DNA of 64,000 nt from Bdellovibrionales bacterium. Its GTDB lineage: Bacteria > Bdellovibrionota > Bdellovibrionia > Bdellovibrionales > UBA1609. This document shows, piece after piece, positions 28,464-37,550 of the stretch. The stretch spans positions 416,001 through 480,000 of the forward strand of contig CBDHDF010000010.1 in NCBI GenBank assembly GCA_965261545.1, written 5' to 3'. Positions within the stretch are counted from its first letter, which is position 1, and each line of letters opens with the position of its first letter. Position numbers and translations under genes: made by a program. Under the pieces are notes generated by a model. The model was given only the letters and a program-made list of their open reading frames with translations. It was not told where the DNA came from and did not search any database.

Positions 28464-30011
28464 TTATTTTTTTACCTTCATCGTTGGAAATAAAATAACA
28501 TCACGAATGCTCGGCTGACCTGTTAACAACATGACAACCCTCTCAATGCCAATGCCCACCCCCCCCGTGGGAGGCATACCCACCCCTAAGGCCGTGACAA
28601 AATCCTCATCCAAGAGATGCCAATTTTCTTCATCTTTATCATTATTATCATTATCATTACTATAGTGGATTTGATCCATGAGCCTTTTGAGTTGCTCCTC
28701 GGGATCATTCAACTCCGTATAGGCATTGCCAATTTCCATTCCGGCAATAAATGGCTCAAAACGCTCCACAAGTCCCTTGGCACTGCGATGTCTCTTGGTC
28801 AAAGGAGATACATCCACAGGGTGATCCATAACAAAGGTGGGTTGCCATAGATGCTTTTCTACGGCAAGTTCAAATATCTCCATCTCTAGAACCCCTCTGG
28901 AGAAAAACTCTTCCACCTTTGAACCCAAATTTTGAGCTTTTTCAAGAAGGTCCCCATCGCTCAAATCGCAAGAACGAAGCCCCGTGTACTGAAGAATTCC
29001 CTCTTCAATGGTCATGCGCCGCCACGGAGGAGTGAGGTCAATTTCTTTGTCCATAAAGGACACTATCATAGAACCATTTACTTCTTGGGCCACAGATGAA
29101 ATCAAGTCTTCAAATTGCTTCATCTGGTCATTGTAATCTGTATAGGCTTCGTAGTATTCCAACATGGTGAATTCAGGGTTATGGGACCGATCCACACCCT
29201 CATTGCGAAAATTCTTTCCAATCTCATAAACTTTTTCAAAGCCACCGACAATAAGCCTCTTTAAGTACAGCTCAGGACTGATCTTCATATACAGTTTCAT
29301 ATCCAAAGCCCGGTGGTGGGTTGAAAATGGGTGAGCTGTGGCTCCTCCATAGATAGGTTGTAGAACGGGAGTTTCCACCTCCAAAAAGCCCTTGTTATCC
29401 AAGTAGCGACGAATGGTCCCAATGATCTTGGCTCGCTTTTCAAAAATACTGCGAGACTCAGGGTGCATGAGAAGGTCTAAATATCTTTGACGGTATTTCA
29501 TCTCAATATCTGTAAGACCATGGTATTTTTCAGGCAAAGGTTCAAGACTTTTGCAAAGGAGTGTGAGGTCTTGACAACGGATAGACAATTGAGCCTTTTT
29601 TGTTTTAAAAACAAAGCCTCTCACACCGATAATATCTCCAATGTCCAAGAGTTTAAAAACCTCTTGCTGCCCTTTGGAAAGCTCGGCAAGTTTGACATAA
29701 ATTTGCAGAGTCCCGGAGGCATCTTGGATATTAAAAAAGGAGGCTTTTCCCATATCTCGCATGGTCATCAAACGCCCTGCCAAACAGACTTCTTCACTCT
29801 TCAAGGACTCTCCCGCCTCAAGGCGACTATCAAAGGCTCCTATGAGTTCCTTGGACCGGTGGGTGGGATTGTAACTATGGGGGTAGGGATCAATTTTTTG
29901 ACCACGAAGAGCCGCAAGCTTGCGACGCTTTTCTGCCTTAAGGGAATTTTCCTTGTTTCCCTTATTTCCCTTATCTTCTTTTTTATTTTCCTTATTTTCC
30001 TTATTTTCCAT
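28464..30011 (-). CDS. lysS: Lysine--tRNA ligase class II
   Basis: YRQRYLDL, FRNEGVDRSHNPEFT and GMPPTGGVGIGIER motifs. Confidence 0.98.
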   Translation of the reverse strand: MENKENKENKKEDKGNKGNKENSLKAEKRRKLAALRGQKIDPYPHSYNPTHRSKELIGAFDSRLEAGESLKSEEVCLAGRLMTMRDMGKASFFNIQDASGTLQIYVKLAELSKGQQEVFKLLDIGDIIGVRGFVFKTKKAQLSIRCQDLTLLCKSLEPLPEKYHGLTDIEMKYRQRYLDLLMHPESRSIFEKRAKIIGTIRRYLDNKGFLEVETPVLQPIYGGATAHPFSTHHRALDMKLYMKISPELYLKRLIVGGFEKVYEIGKNFRNEGVDRSHNPEFTMLEYYEAYTDYNDQMKQFEDLISSVAQEVNGSMIVSFMDKEIDLTPPWRRMTIEEGILQYTGLRSCDLSDGDLLEKAQNLGSKVEEFFSRGVLEMEIFELAVEKHLWQPTFVMDHPVDVSPLTKRHRSAKGLVERFEPFIAGMEIGNAYTELNDPEEQLKRLMDQIHYSNDNDNNDKDEENWHLLDEDFVTALGVGMPPTGGVGIGIERVVMLLTGQPSIRDVILFPTMKVKK

Positions 30012-30939
30012 TTTCTGTATTTTCTTTGTAAATGTCCATCACCTGGTGCAAAAGTTCGATAGCTTTTTTCTTAGGTCTTTGGAAGGCATTGCGCCCCATA
30101 ATACTGCCAAAGGCCCCCCCTTTGGCAAGCCCTTGAACTTCTTCAAGCACCTGATCGTCATTTTTGACAACCCCTCCACTAAAGATCACAATACGACGAC
30201 CATGAAAGGCGGCATCCATGATATGTTTGGTGCGCTCCTCAATGGTTTGAACAGGAATGCCATTTTGCACATAGGGGTTTGCAATTGCACTCCCCTCTGT
30301 CAAGTGGGACGTACTGGGCTTAACTTTAATAATATTGGCCCCCAATTGAGCTGCTATCTGCGCCGCATAGGCCACAACAGCCACACTGGTTTCTTCCGCC
30401 TTTGAAAGCCACTTTCCCCTAGGATAAGCCCATATGACCACAGGAAGGCCCACCCGCTTGGCACACCTGGTGACCTTGGCTATTTCTTCATACATACGCT
30501 TGCGCTGGGAACTTCCGGGATAAATCGTAAAACCAATGGCCGTACAACCCAATCGAAGGGCGTCTTCCACAGAGGCTGTCACAGCCGAAATAGGTCCCTC
30601 TGGGTGGGCAAAAAGGGAGTCTGAGTGGTTTATCTTTAAAATCAAGGGGATATCCCCCGCATACTCATGGGCGCAAGCTTCGATAAATCCTAGGGGAGCT
30701 GCGTAAGCATTGCAACCAGATTCTATGGCGAGTTCAAAGTGATAAGCTGGGTCGTAGGCCCCAGGGTTTTTAGAAAAACTCCTTCCCGGGCCATGTTCAA
30801 AACCTTGATCCACAGGAAGAATAACCATTTTACCCGTTCCACCAAGGCACCCATGATTGAGCATACGAGCCATGTTGGAAAGAACTCCTGGATTTTCAGA
30901 GCCATACCAACTCAATATTTCTTGCACTCTGTTTGTCAT
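30001..30939 (-). CDS. fbaB: Class I fructose-bisphosphate aldolase (DhnA family)
   Basis: ILPVDQGFEHGP, WAYPRG, IIKVK and GSIMGRN motifs. Likely start MTNRVQ. Confidence 0.93.
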   Translation of the reverse strand: MTNRVQEILSWYGSENPGVLSNMARMLNHGCLGGTGKMVILPVDQGFEHGPGRSFSKNPGAYDPAYHFELAIESGCNAYAAPLGFIEACAHEYAGDIPLILKINHSDSLFAHPEGPISAVTASVEDALRLGCTAIGFTIYPGSSQRKRMYEEIAKVTRCAKRVGLPVVIWAYPRGKWLSKAEETSVAVVAYAAQIAAQLGANIIKVKPSTSHLTEGSAIANPYVQNGIPVQTIEERTKHIMDAAFHGRRIVIFSGGVVKNDDQVLEEVQGLAKGGAFGSIMGRNAFQRPKKKAIELLHQVMDIYKENTENGK

Positions 30940-30979
30940 TGCTTTTGCTACTTTCTGTTTGTCATTGCTTTTGCTACTT
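30928..30979. repeat. Perfect 26-bp tandem duplication spanning the aldolase start codon
   Basis: TCTGTTTGTCATTGCTTTTGCTACTT x2. Confidence 0.9.
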
Positions 30980-31011
30980 TTGCCATAAAGATCATAAAAA
31001 ATCATGAAATA

Positions 31012-32160
31012 TCACAAAATTTCTGTGCCTCCTTTGTGGGCAAGTTTCTCAATAAATCGCTCTATTCCCACAGAAATAGCCTCAGAAATAACATCAGAAA
31101 ATTTCTTTTTAGACTTCGTCGAAATTCTTAAAATACGAGCCGTCTCCCTTTGTGAAAAGAGATACTCATCACTCACCATAAGCTCATCAATGAGCTTGAG
31201 CTTGAGGGCACGCTGACCAAACCAATATTCCCCCGTGGCCACTTCATCAATGTCCACAATGGGACGATGGGTTTTAACAAACTCTTTAAAGAGTTCATGG
31301 GTATCTTGAATTTGTTCCTGAAATTTTGTCTTTCCCTCATCGGTGACCTCACCAAAAATGCTAAGAGTGCGCTTGTATTGACCGGCAGTGATCTCTTGAT
31401 AGTCGATATCATGCTTCTTCAAAAGCTTATTCACATTGGGAACTTGGGCAAGGACTCCAATGGAACCCATAATGGCAAAGGGAGAAGCCAAAATCTTATT
31501 GCCCGTACAAGCCATCATATAGCCCCCGCTCGCTGCCACCTTATCGACACAAATCGTTAATGGTATTTTGTGCTCTCGTATTCTCAACAACTGAGCTGCG
31601 GCAAGCCCATACCCATGGACCACTCCCCCAGGGCTTTCCACACAAACCACAACTTCATCTGTAGACTGAGCCACGCTGAGAATCGCAGAAACTTCATTTT
31701 GAAACTGTTTGATACCACTGGCTTTGATATCGCCCTCAAACTGGAGGACAAAAATATTTTTCTTGTCACCAATGTTTTTTTTGTCGCCCTCTAGGGAGAG
31801 AGCACCTTCGCCCTGTAGAGAGAGATCACCCTCATCCCTGGGGGAGAGATCATCTTTTTGCTCCCCTCTGTCTTCTTTAGACTTTTTCTCCTTTTGCGCT
31901 TTCTTTTTTTCTTTCTCTTCTTGCTTTTCTTTTTTCTTTTGCTCCTTTGCTTTATTTTTCACGGCCTTCTTATCGAGAATATGGGCCTCTAGGAGAGTGC
32001 TATACTTTTTAAACTTGTCCGACAAGTCCTCCACATCGATCATATCCTTGATTTTATGCCGCATGGAGATCATGGCTCCAAAGCCAATGAGAATCAATCC
32101 ACCTAGGACAATAACAAAAGCCTTTCCCGCAAAAAGGCCAAATTCAATAAGGTATTCCAT
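31012..32160 (-). CDS. sohB: Protease SohB (S49)
   Basis: ESPGGVVHGYGLAAAQL, DKVAASGGYMMAC and GSIGV motifs. GGAGG before ATG 32160. Confidence 0.95.
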   Translation of the reverse strand: MEYLIEFGLFAGKAFVIVLGGLILIGFGAMISMRHKIKDMIDVEDLSDKFKKYSTLLEAHILDKKAVKNKAKEQKKKEKQEEKEKKKAQKEKKSKEDRGEQKDDLSPRDEGDLSLQGEGALSLEGDKKNIGDKKNIFVLQFEGDIKASGIKQFQNEVSAILSVAQSTDEVVVCVESPGGVVHGYGLAAAQLLRIREHKIPLTICVDKVAASGGYMMACTGNKILASPFAIMGSIGVLAQVPNVNKLLKKHDIDYQEITAGQYKRTLSIFGEVTDEGKTKFQEQIQDTHELFKEFVKTHRPIVDIDEVATGEYWFGQRALKLKLIDELMVSDEYLFSQRETARILRISTKSKKKFSDVISEAISVGIERFIEKLAHKGGTEIL

Positions 32161-32240
32161 ACGCCCTCCCAATGGCCAATGGTCACAACAAGAAATAAAT
32201 AATACACAACCAAGGTGTAAGAGCAACAGCAATTATTGAT

Positions 32241-33122
32241 TTATTTAGCTCTTGTCTGCTGTAAAGCAATATTCTTGAGATGTCCATAGGCAAAAAACTC
32301 TTGATTACCATCTCGCCCAAGAGGTTGGCTTTCAATATAAGCTTCCACATACATACCAAGAAAGCGTCCCTGTCCAGTCACTTTGTCCTTAATGTCTTTG
32401 AAAGATATCCGTGGAGCGCGCCCCTGTTCAAACTGAGGCTTGACAAGAAGCAGAAACTCCCCTTCTGGGTTTAAAAAATAGGGAATCTCTGGCAAAACAT
32501 GCTCAAGTGAGATAAAAGAAATGTCCACAGTGACAAGTGAAAAGTGATTCTTATAAGAAGGATTGAGTTCGGTGCGGAGATAGCGAGCATTGACTCCCTC
32601 AAAAAAAACAAGATTGGGGCGGTTTCTTAACTGGGGGTGGAGTTGGTTTGTCCCTACATCCACTCCCACGACCCCCAGAGCTTCATGCTCTAAAAGACAG
32701 TGGGCAAAGCCACCTGTGGATAGGCCCACATCCAACACTTTTTTCCCCTTGGGGGAAATTCCCAAGGTTTTTATGGCATGTTCAAGCTTTAAGCCTGACC
32801 TTGCCACGTATTTCAATAGATCCTGTTTCACAATGCGAACATGGTTGATATGGTGACTTCTGCGGCGGCCCGCCTGGTGATTTTCATAGTGACTCGCCAG
32901 GTAATTCTCGTGGAGATTCGCTTGGCTGTTTTCGCAGTGATTTTTATGGTCATTGACTGGGGAGGGGACCTGGCATTCCTCTACTCTGAAACTCGGTTTT
33001 TGAATCACTTGAAAATGGCCATTCACAAGAACTTCAATGCTACCACTTTCAATCAATTCTTGGGCTTTGGTGCGTGAAGGGGCCAAAGCCTTCTCTACGA
33101 GGTAGATATCCAGGCGTTTCAT
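32241..33122 (-). CDS. tlyA: TlyA family rRNA methyltransferase with His/Asn-rich insertion
   Basis: S4 domain KRLDIYLV, YVARSGLKL, LDVGLSTGGF, DISFISL and LVKPQFE motifs. Confidence 0.93.
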   Translation of the reverse strand: MKRLDIYLVEKALAPSRTKAQELIESGSIEVLVNGHFQVIQKPSFRVEECQVPSPVNDHKNHCENSQANLHENYLASHYENHQAGRRRSHHINHVRIVKQDLLKYVARSGLKLEHAIKTLGISPKGKKVLDVGLSTGGFAHCLLEHEALGVVGVDVGTNQLHPQLRNRPNLVFFEGVNARYLRTELNPSYKNHFSLVTVDISFISLEHVLPEIPYFLNPEGEFLLLVKPQFEQGRAPRISFKDIKDKVTGQGRFLGMYVEAYIESQPLGRDGNQEFFAYGHLKNIALQQTRAK

Positions 33123-33153
33123 GTTATCCTTGCTGTTGTTTTTACCGGTGTTT

Positions 33154-34056
33154 TTACCGGAGATTTTTTGCCAAGACCCGTTGGGCATTCCATTGGGTTA
33201 GTTTTCGAAGGTCTGCGGCCTCCTCTCCCAACGAAGCTAAAAGTTGGAGGGCCTCATGAGTTATCTCTTGCAAATAGGACTTTGTCTCCTCAAGTCCCAT
33301 AATATATGGAAAACCCGATGCTTCAGGCTGATCTTCGTTGTGGTCGGCAATGTCATCGGCCAATTGAAAAGCAAAGCCGAGTTTCTCACCAAATTCCCTT
33401 AGGTTTTTCCGTTCTTCCTCAGTGGCTTCGCAGGCAACAGCAGCTCCCTCGGCACAAAAGCGAATGAGCGCTCCTGTCTTCATGCTATGGAGACCGCACC
33501 TTAAGGCAAAGGAAGACCTACCCTCTAACAATGTTTCTCCCTCTAAGGTGACATCGATAGCCTGTCCCCCCACCATGCCCTTGATACCCGTGGCTTCAGA
33601 CAACAATACAATCAATTCCAAGGCCATGGAGGGTTGATATCTGTAGGCGAAACCCAAGTTCTCAAAGGCCATGGGCTGCAAAGCATCACCAGCCAAAAGT
33701 GCGATAGTTTCACCATAAACCTTATGGTTGGCAAGTTGACCTCGCCTCTCATCGTCATTATCCATCATGGGTAAATCATCGTGAATCAATGAGTAGCTGT
33801 GAATGAGTTCTGCGGAGATTCCCAAGGGTAGAGCCTTATCTTCGGTTTGCCCCAGAGCCTTGGCCACAAGGATCGATAGCAGGGGGCGAAACCTTTTCCC
33901 TCCTCTCAAAACTCCATAGGAAATAGAGTCGGCAAGCCACGGCTTTGCGCAGGCCTTTTCTATGTGGGGAGGAAAAGGGCCACTAAGGCATTTTTTTAAG
34001 TCTTGCTCTAGGCATTTTTCTATTTTTTGGAGATAGGGCTGGAATGAATCAATCAT
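33154..34056 (-). CDS. ispA: Polyprenyl (farnesyl/geranyltrans) diphosphate synthase
   Basis: GGKRFRP, HDDLPMMDNDDERRG and FQLADD motifs. Confidence 0.95.
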   Translation of the reverse strand: MIDSFQPYLQKIEKCLEQDLKKCLSGPFPPHIEKACAKPWLADSISYGVLRGGKRFRPLLSILVAKALGQTEDKALPLGISAELIHSYSLIHDDLPMMDNDDERRGQLANHKVYGETIALLAGDALQPMAFENLGFAYRYQPSMALELIVLLSEATGIKGMVGGQAIDVTLEGETLLEGRSSFALRCGLHSMKTGALIRFCAEGAAVACEATEEERKNLREFGEKLGFAFQLADDIADHNEDQPEASGFPYIMGLEETKSYLQEITHEALQLLASLGEEAADLRKLTQWNAQRVLAKNLR

Positions 34057-34134
34057 TGCTCAAAGTCTCTCGTCTGTTGATTTACGTCTGTGAATTTGTG
34101 GGTTCAAACCACATGCGCATGAGGTTGAGTTCCG

Positions 34135-34347
34135 TCACTCAAAGTTTTTTGTCTCTTGAGTTCCATCCTCTGAAATATTGAGCAAGACCTTCACTTTTTG
34201 CTCGGCCTCATCAAGTTGTTGGTAGCATTCCTTCGAAATTCGCACGCCTTCCTCAAAGTCCTTGAGAGCTTCTTCAAGGCTCAAGTCTCCGGATTCCATG
34301 TTTTCCACAATCTTATCGAGGCGATGTAATTTTTTTTCAAAATCCAT
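34135..34347 (-). CDS. xseB: Exodeoxyribonuclease VII small subunit
   Basis: FEKKLHRLDKIVENMESGDLSLEEALKDFEEG. Lies between xseA and ispA. Confidence 0.95.
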   Translation of the reverse strand: MDFEKKLHRLDKIVENMESGDLSLEEALKDFEEGVRISKECYQQLDEAEQKVKVLLNISEDGTQETKNFE

Positions 34348-35590
34348 AGGGTCCTCCCTCATTTATTTCAATCACCTTAGCGGAAAATCCACCTCGGCGC
34401 AATTGCACTTGTACCTCATCCCCCAACCTCACATTCTCGTAGGTTTGAGAAAGGTTTGTGCCCACTTTCACCACGGCATATCCTCGTTCTAAAACTTTAA
34501 AAGGGCTCAGGCTATCCATCATGGAGCCTCGGTGAGTGACTTTGGTACGCTTTTCCTTGAGCGACCTCGCCATGGATTGCTCCAAGCGAAATCTGACATC
34601 ATCACAGCGAAGGGTTAGATCTTCAAGCCTTCGCTGGGGATCCTTAAGGCGTCGGTGCAAGTGAGTGACTTGGTGACGTCGCTGGCCCATGGATTGTCGC
34701 CACGATATATAGAGGCGTTTTTTTAAGTGATGAAGCTCTTCGTGGAACTCCTGAACACTTTTTACCACAAGCTCTGCGGCCACAGAAGGTGTGGCCGCAC
34801 GCATGTCGGCCACAAAGTCAGCTATGGTGAAATCCACTTCATGTCCTACGGCAGAAACCACGGGAATGGGGGAGTTAAAAATAGCCCTAGCAACACCTTC
34901 ATGATTAAAGGCCCAAAGGTCTTCCATGGATCCGCCACCACGACCCACAATAAGAACATCGGCATCTTTGATAAGGCGAGCTTGGTGGAGACCATGGAGA
35001 ATGGAGGTGGGGGCCCCCTCCCCCTGAACCTGCACAGGGACAATGGTGATTTTGAGCCCCTTAAACCGACGATTCAAAACATTGAGGATATCGCGGACGG
35101 CGGCCCCCGTGGGAGATGTGACGAGGACGACATGTCGTGGCAAGGTGGGCAAAGGTTTTTTGTGTTCCTGTGAAAAGAGCCCCTCTTTTTGAAGTTTTTC
35201 TTTAAGCTGTTCAAAACCCTGCTGAAGGGCCCCCGCACCCACGGGCTCCATGGATTGGCAAAAAACCTGGTAGTTGCCACGGGGTTCATAAACGGTGATC
35301 TTTCCCTTGATGAGAACTTCCATTCCCGTTTTGGGTCGAAACTTTAGCTTTGAGTTTGCCCCTCGAAACATGACCGCATTGATTTGGGATTGATCGTCTT
35401 TGAGGCTAAAGTAAAAGTGTCCCGAACCGTGGGCCTTAAAATTGGAGATTTCACCTTGCACCCAAATATCCAAAAACTCTCCCTCAAGTCGTTGACGAAT
35501 TTTTCGATTGAGATCCGAGACCCTATAAACCTTGGGCTTCACGCTTACGCTTGTAGAGTTTTCACTAAAGTCAAAGGATGTTTGGTTCAT
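34337..35590 (-). CDS. xseA: Exodeoxyribonuclease VII large subunit
   Basis: SGHFYFSLKD, RGGGSMEDLWAFN and SAVGHEVDFT motifs. Confidence 0.97.
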   Translation of the reverse strand: MNQTSFDFSENSTSVSVKPKVYRVSDLNRKIRQRLEGEFLDIWVQGEISNFKAHGSGHFYFSLKDDQSQINAVMFRGANSKLKFRPKTGMEVLIKGKITVYEPRGNYQVFCQSMEPVGAGALQQGFEQLKEKLQKEGLFSQEHKKPLPTLPRHVVLVTSPTGAAVRDILNVLNRRFKGLKITIVPVQVQGEGAPTSILHGLHQARLIKDADVLIVGRGGGSMEDLWAFNHEGVARAIFNSPIPVVSAVGHEVDFTIADFVADMRAATPSVAAELVVKSVQEFHEELHHLKKRLYISWRQSMGQRRHQVTHLHRRLKDPQRRLEDLTLRCDDVRFRLEQSMARSLKEKRTKVTHRGSMMDSLSPFKVLERGYAVVKVGTNLSQTYENVRLGDEVQVQLRRGGFSAKVIEINEGGPYGF

Positions 35591-35855
35591 AGGGGCTTCA
35601 CACTACCAGATTGACTTTTCAAGTCAACATATGGCCCATCGGGGAGATGGTGAAGATGGCGAAATAGCTCGGAGCAATATAATTATAATAATTTCAAATT
35701 TTTTTGAAAAAATTATTGATTTCCATAAATGAAACAAGATATAAGATTTCTTATGAACAGGCTTGCTCCTTATTTTTAGAGCGGAGTAAGCCATAATTAT
35801 AAAAATGATCCAATGGAGGGTCTTAACATAAACAACCTTAATAAGGAGGTAAAGA

Positions 35856-36323
35856 ATGAAGAAAATTATTGCAATAGGTTTATTGTCGCTTAGTTTGGCA
35901 ATGCCAGCTCATGCTGTTGTTGTAGGCATTTTCACTGGTGGTGTTGCTGGAGCAGCTCTTGCTGCTAGTGGAGGGGGATTGTTCCTTGGTGCTCATCTTA
36001 GTGATGGTGATTCTAAAATGAATCCATTTATTATCATTGCAACTATCTTATTAGAGAGAGATGATTATTACGAGAACAGCAACAGAAAAAGTCCAATGGT
36101 TAAGATCGACGTCAATGCAGATGTTGATGAATTGGTGAGTGCTGGTCTTTATTCTATGAATGAAGGAGAGGCTTTAAAAGCTGAATTTGCTCTTGGTGAC
36201 TTTTCTGTTCGTACAAAAGAGATCAAAGATATGACTTCTGATGAAGCCATGGATTTGATTCAGGAAAAATCTGGATGCAGCGAACTGCTTGCCGGCTACC
36301 TTGCGAGTAAAGTCGGGCTCTAA
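35856..36323 (+). CDS. Hypothetical secreted protein
   Basis: AAGGAGG RBS and signal peptide ending AHA. Confidence 0.8.
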   Translation: MKKIIAIGLLSLSLAMPAHAVVVGIFTGGVAGAALAASGGGLFLGAHLSDGDSKMNPFIIIATILLERDDYYENSNRKSPMVKIDVNADVDELVSAGLYSMNEGEALKAEFALGDFSVRTKEIKDMTSDEAMDLIQEKSGCSELLAGYLASKVGL

Positions 36324-36354
36324 TCTCCTCAATTAGAATTATTGATTGATGATT

Positions 36355-36386
36355 GCCAGCATTAGCACGCTCGTGCTAATGCTGGC
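36355..36386 (+). terminator. Strong hairpin, likely terminator
   Basis: GCCAGCATTAGCACG-CT-CGTGCTAATGCTGGC, 31 bp after the stop. Confidence 0.6.
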
Positions 36387-36458
36387 CCGTTCCTAGTTGA
36401 AAAGATATCTGTCTCGTACCCTCTAACTTTTACATATGGTTGACTGATAGCAGTTTCT

Positions 36459-37448
36459 ATGAAAGGTTGTTCCATGTTGAAATCTCGTCTTTGTTTGGTC
36501 TATATTTTTTTGTGTTTCATTCTGTTCCCTTTATGGGGGCAAGCTTCATCTCTCTGTGTTGTTTCCCTCCTCCATGAAAAGCCTTTGAATAAAACTCTGC
36601 TAAAAGAGGTGTCTAAGTATTTAAAAAAAATGGGTCACTTATCCTCCCAGAGACCCTCCGTAGCCCATAGGAAAGACAAGCCTGAAGAATCTGAAAAAAA
36701 GAAAGAGTACAAAGATTTTTTTAAGTTTTATGGGGACTTGGTTGGTGTCAGTGAAGTTTATGGAGCCTTGAAAAATTGTTTAGGGGGTGGTTATGAAGAA
36801 GTCATCATCGTGGCTCATTCCATGAAAAACATCATTGGCCAGCCCCGTCTCATATTTCCTTATCAAAGGATTAAAGGAAAAGTGGCAACGTCATTTATCA
36901 ATGACAGGTTTTTTGCAAACTTGAACCACAACCCTATGATAAAGCAGATTTCGGTGATAGGTTGTAACTCAGAAGAAGTCCTGCCTAATTATCCCAATTT
37001 GTTAAATTATGTATCTCGCTACAATATCAACCTCAAGCAAGCTCCTACCGACACTGTGTTATCAAAAAAGCAAGGAGTTACAAGGGGCCGTTCATTCAAG
37101 AGTGTTATATCCATGCTGGCTGAGGCAGCACAACCCATAGAGTCTGAAGTCTTATTTTGCCGTATCCACTTTCAAACATCTGATGTTTATTCTTGTTTAA
37201 GAGGGCATATTCAAATAGAAGCTATGGATGAAAGTCTTTTACCTGTGGAGCGTTGGATCAGGATTCATAGAAATGCCAATGGTATTTCATGGATTTTTCT
37301 AGGCCCCGACGAAGAATCTTCAAGACCGCCAAGCCTTCCTGACAACCACCATAACTCCTCTATTGGTTTACTTCCTGGAGACGTTATTTATGAGGATCAA
37401 GGTTATCGCATCTTCTTTGTAAAAGAAAAAGAGATTGGGCTTCACTAG
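36459..37448 (+). CDS. Hypothetical secreted protein
   Basis: 329-aa ORF with signal peptide. No recognised domain. Confidence 0.7.
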   Translation: MKGCSMLKSRLCLVYIFLCFILFPLWGQASSLCVVSLLHEKPLNKTLLKEVSKYLKKMGHLSSQRPSVAHRKDKPEESEKKKEYKDFFKFYGDLVGVSEVYGALKNCLGGGYEEVIIVAHSMKNIIGQPRLIFPYQRIKGKVATSFINDRFFANLNHNPMIKQISVIGCNSEEVLPNYPNLLNYVSRYNINLKQAPTDTVLSKKQGVTRGRSFKSVISMLAEAAQPIESEVLFCRIHFQTSDVYSCLRGHIQIEAMDESLLPVERWIRIHRNANGISWIFLGPDEESSRPPSLPDNHHNSSIGLLPGDVIYEDQGYRIFFVKEKEIGLH

Positions 37449-37550
37449 CACCTCACTCACGAAGAACTTCACTAAGACCCCCCAGAATAAAGATCACTAA
37501 AAAAGGGAATCACTGAAAATCTGAGAGACTGAGAATAAGAATTTTTGGTT

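Noticed and set aside
29487..32239. Antisense ORFs of 130-190 aa over lysS, aldolase and sohB
   Set aside because: Antisense open frames of this length are expected opposite coding genes and show no independent signals.
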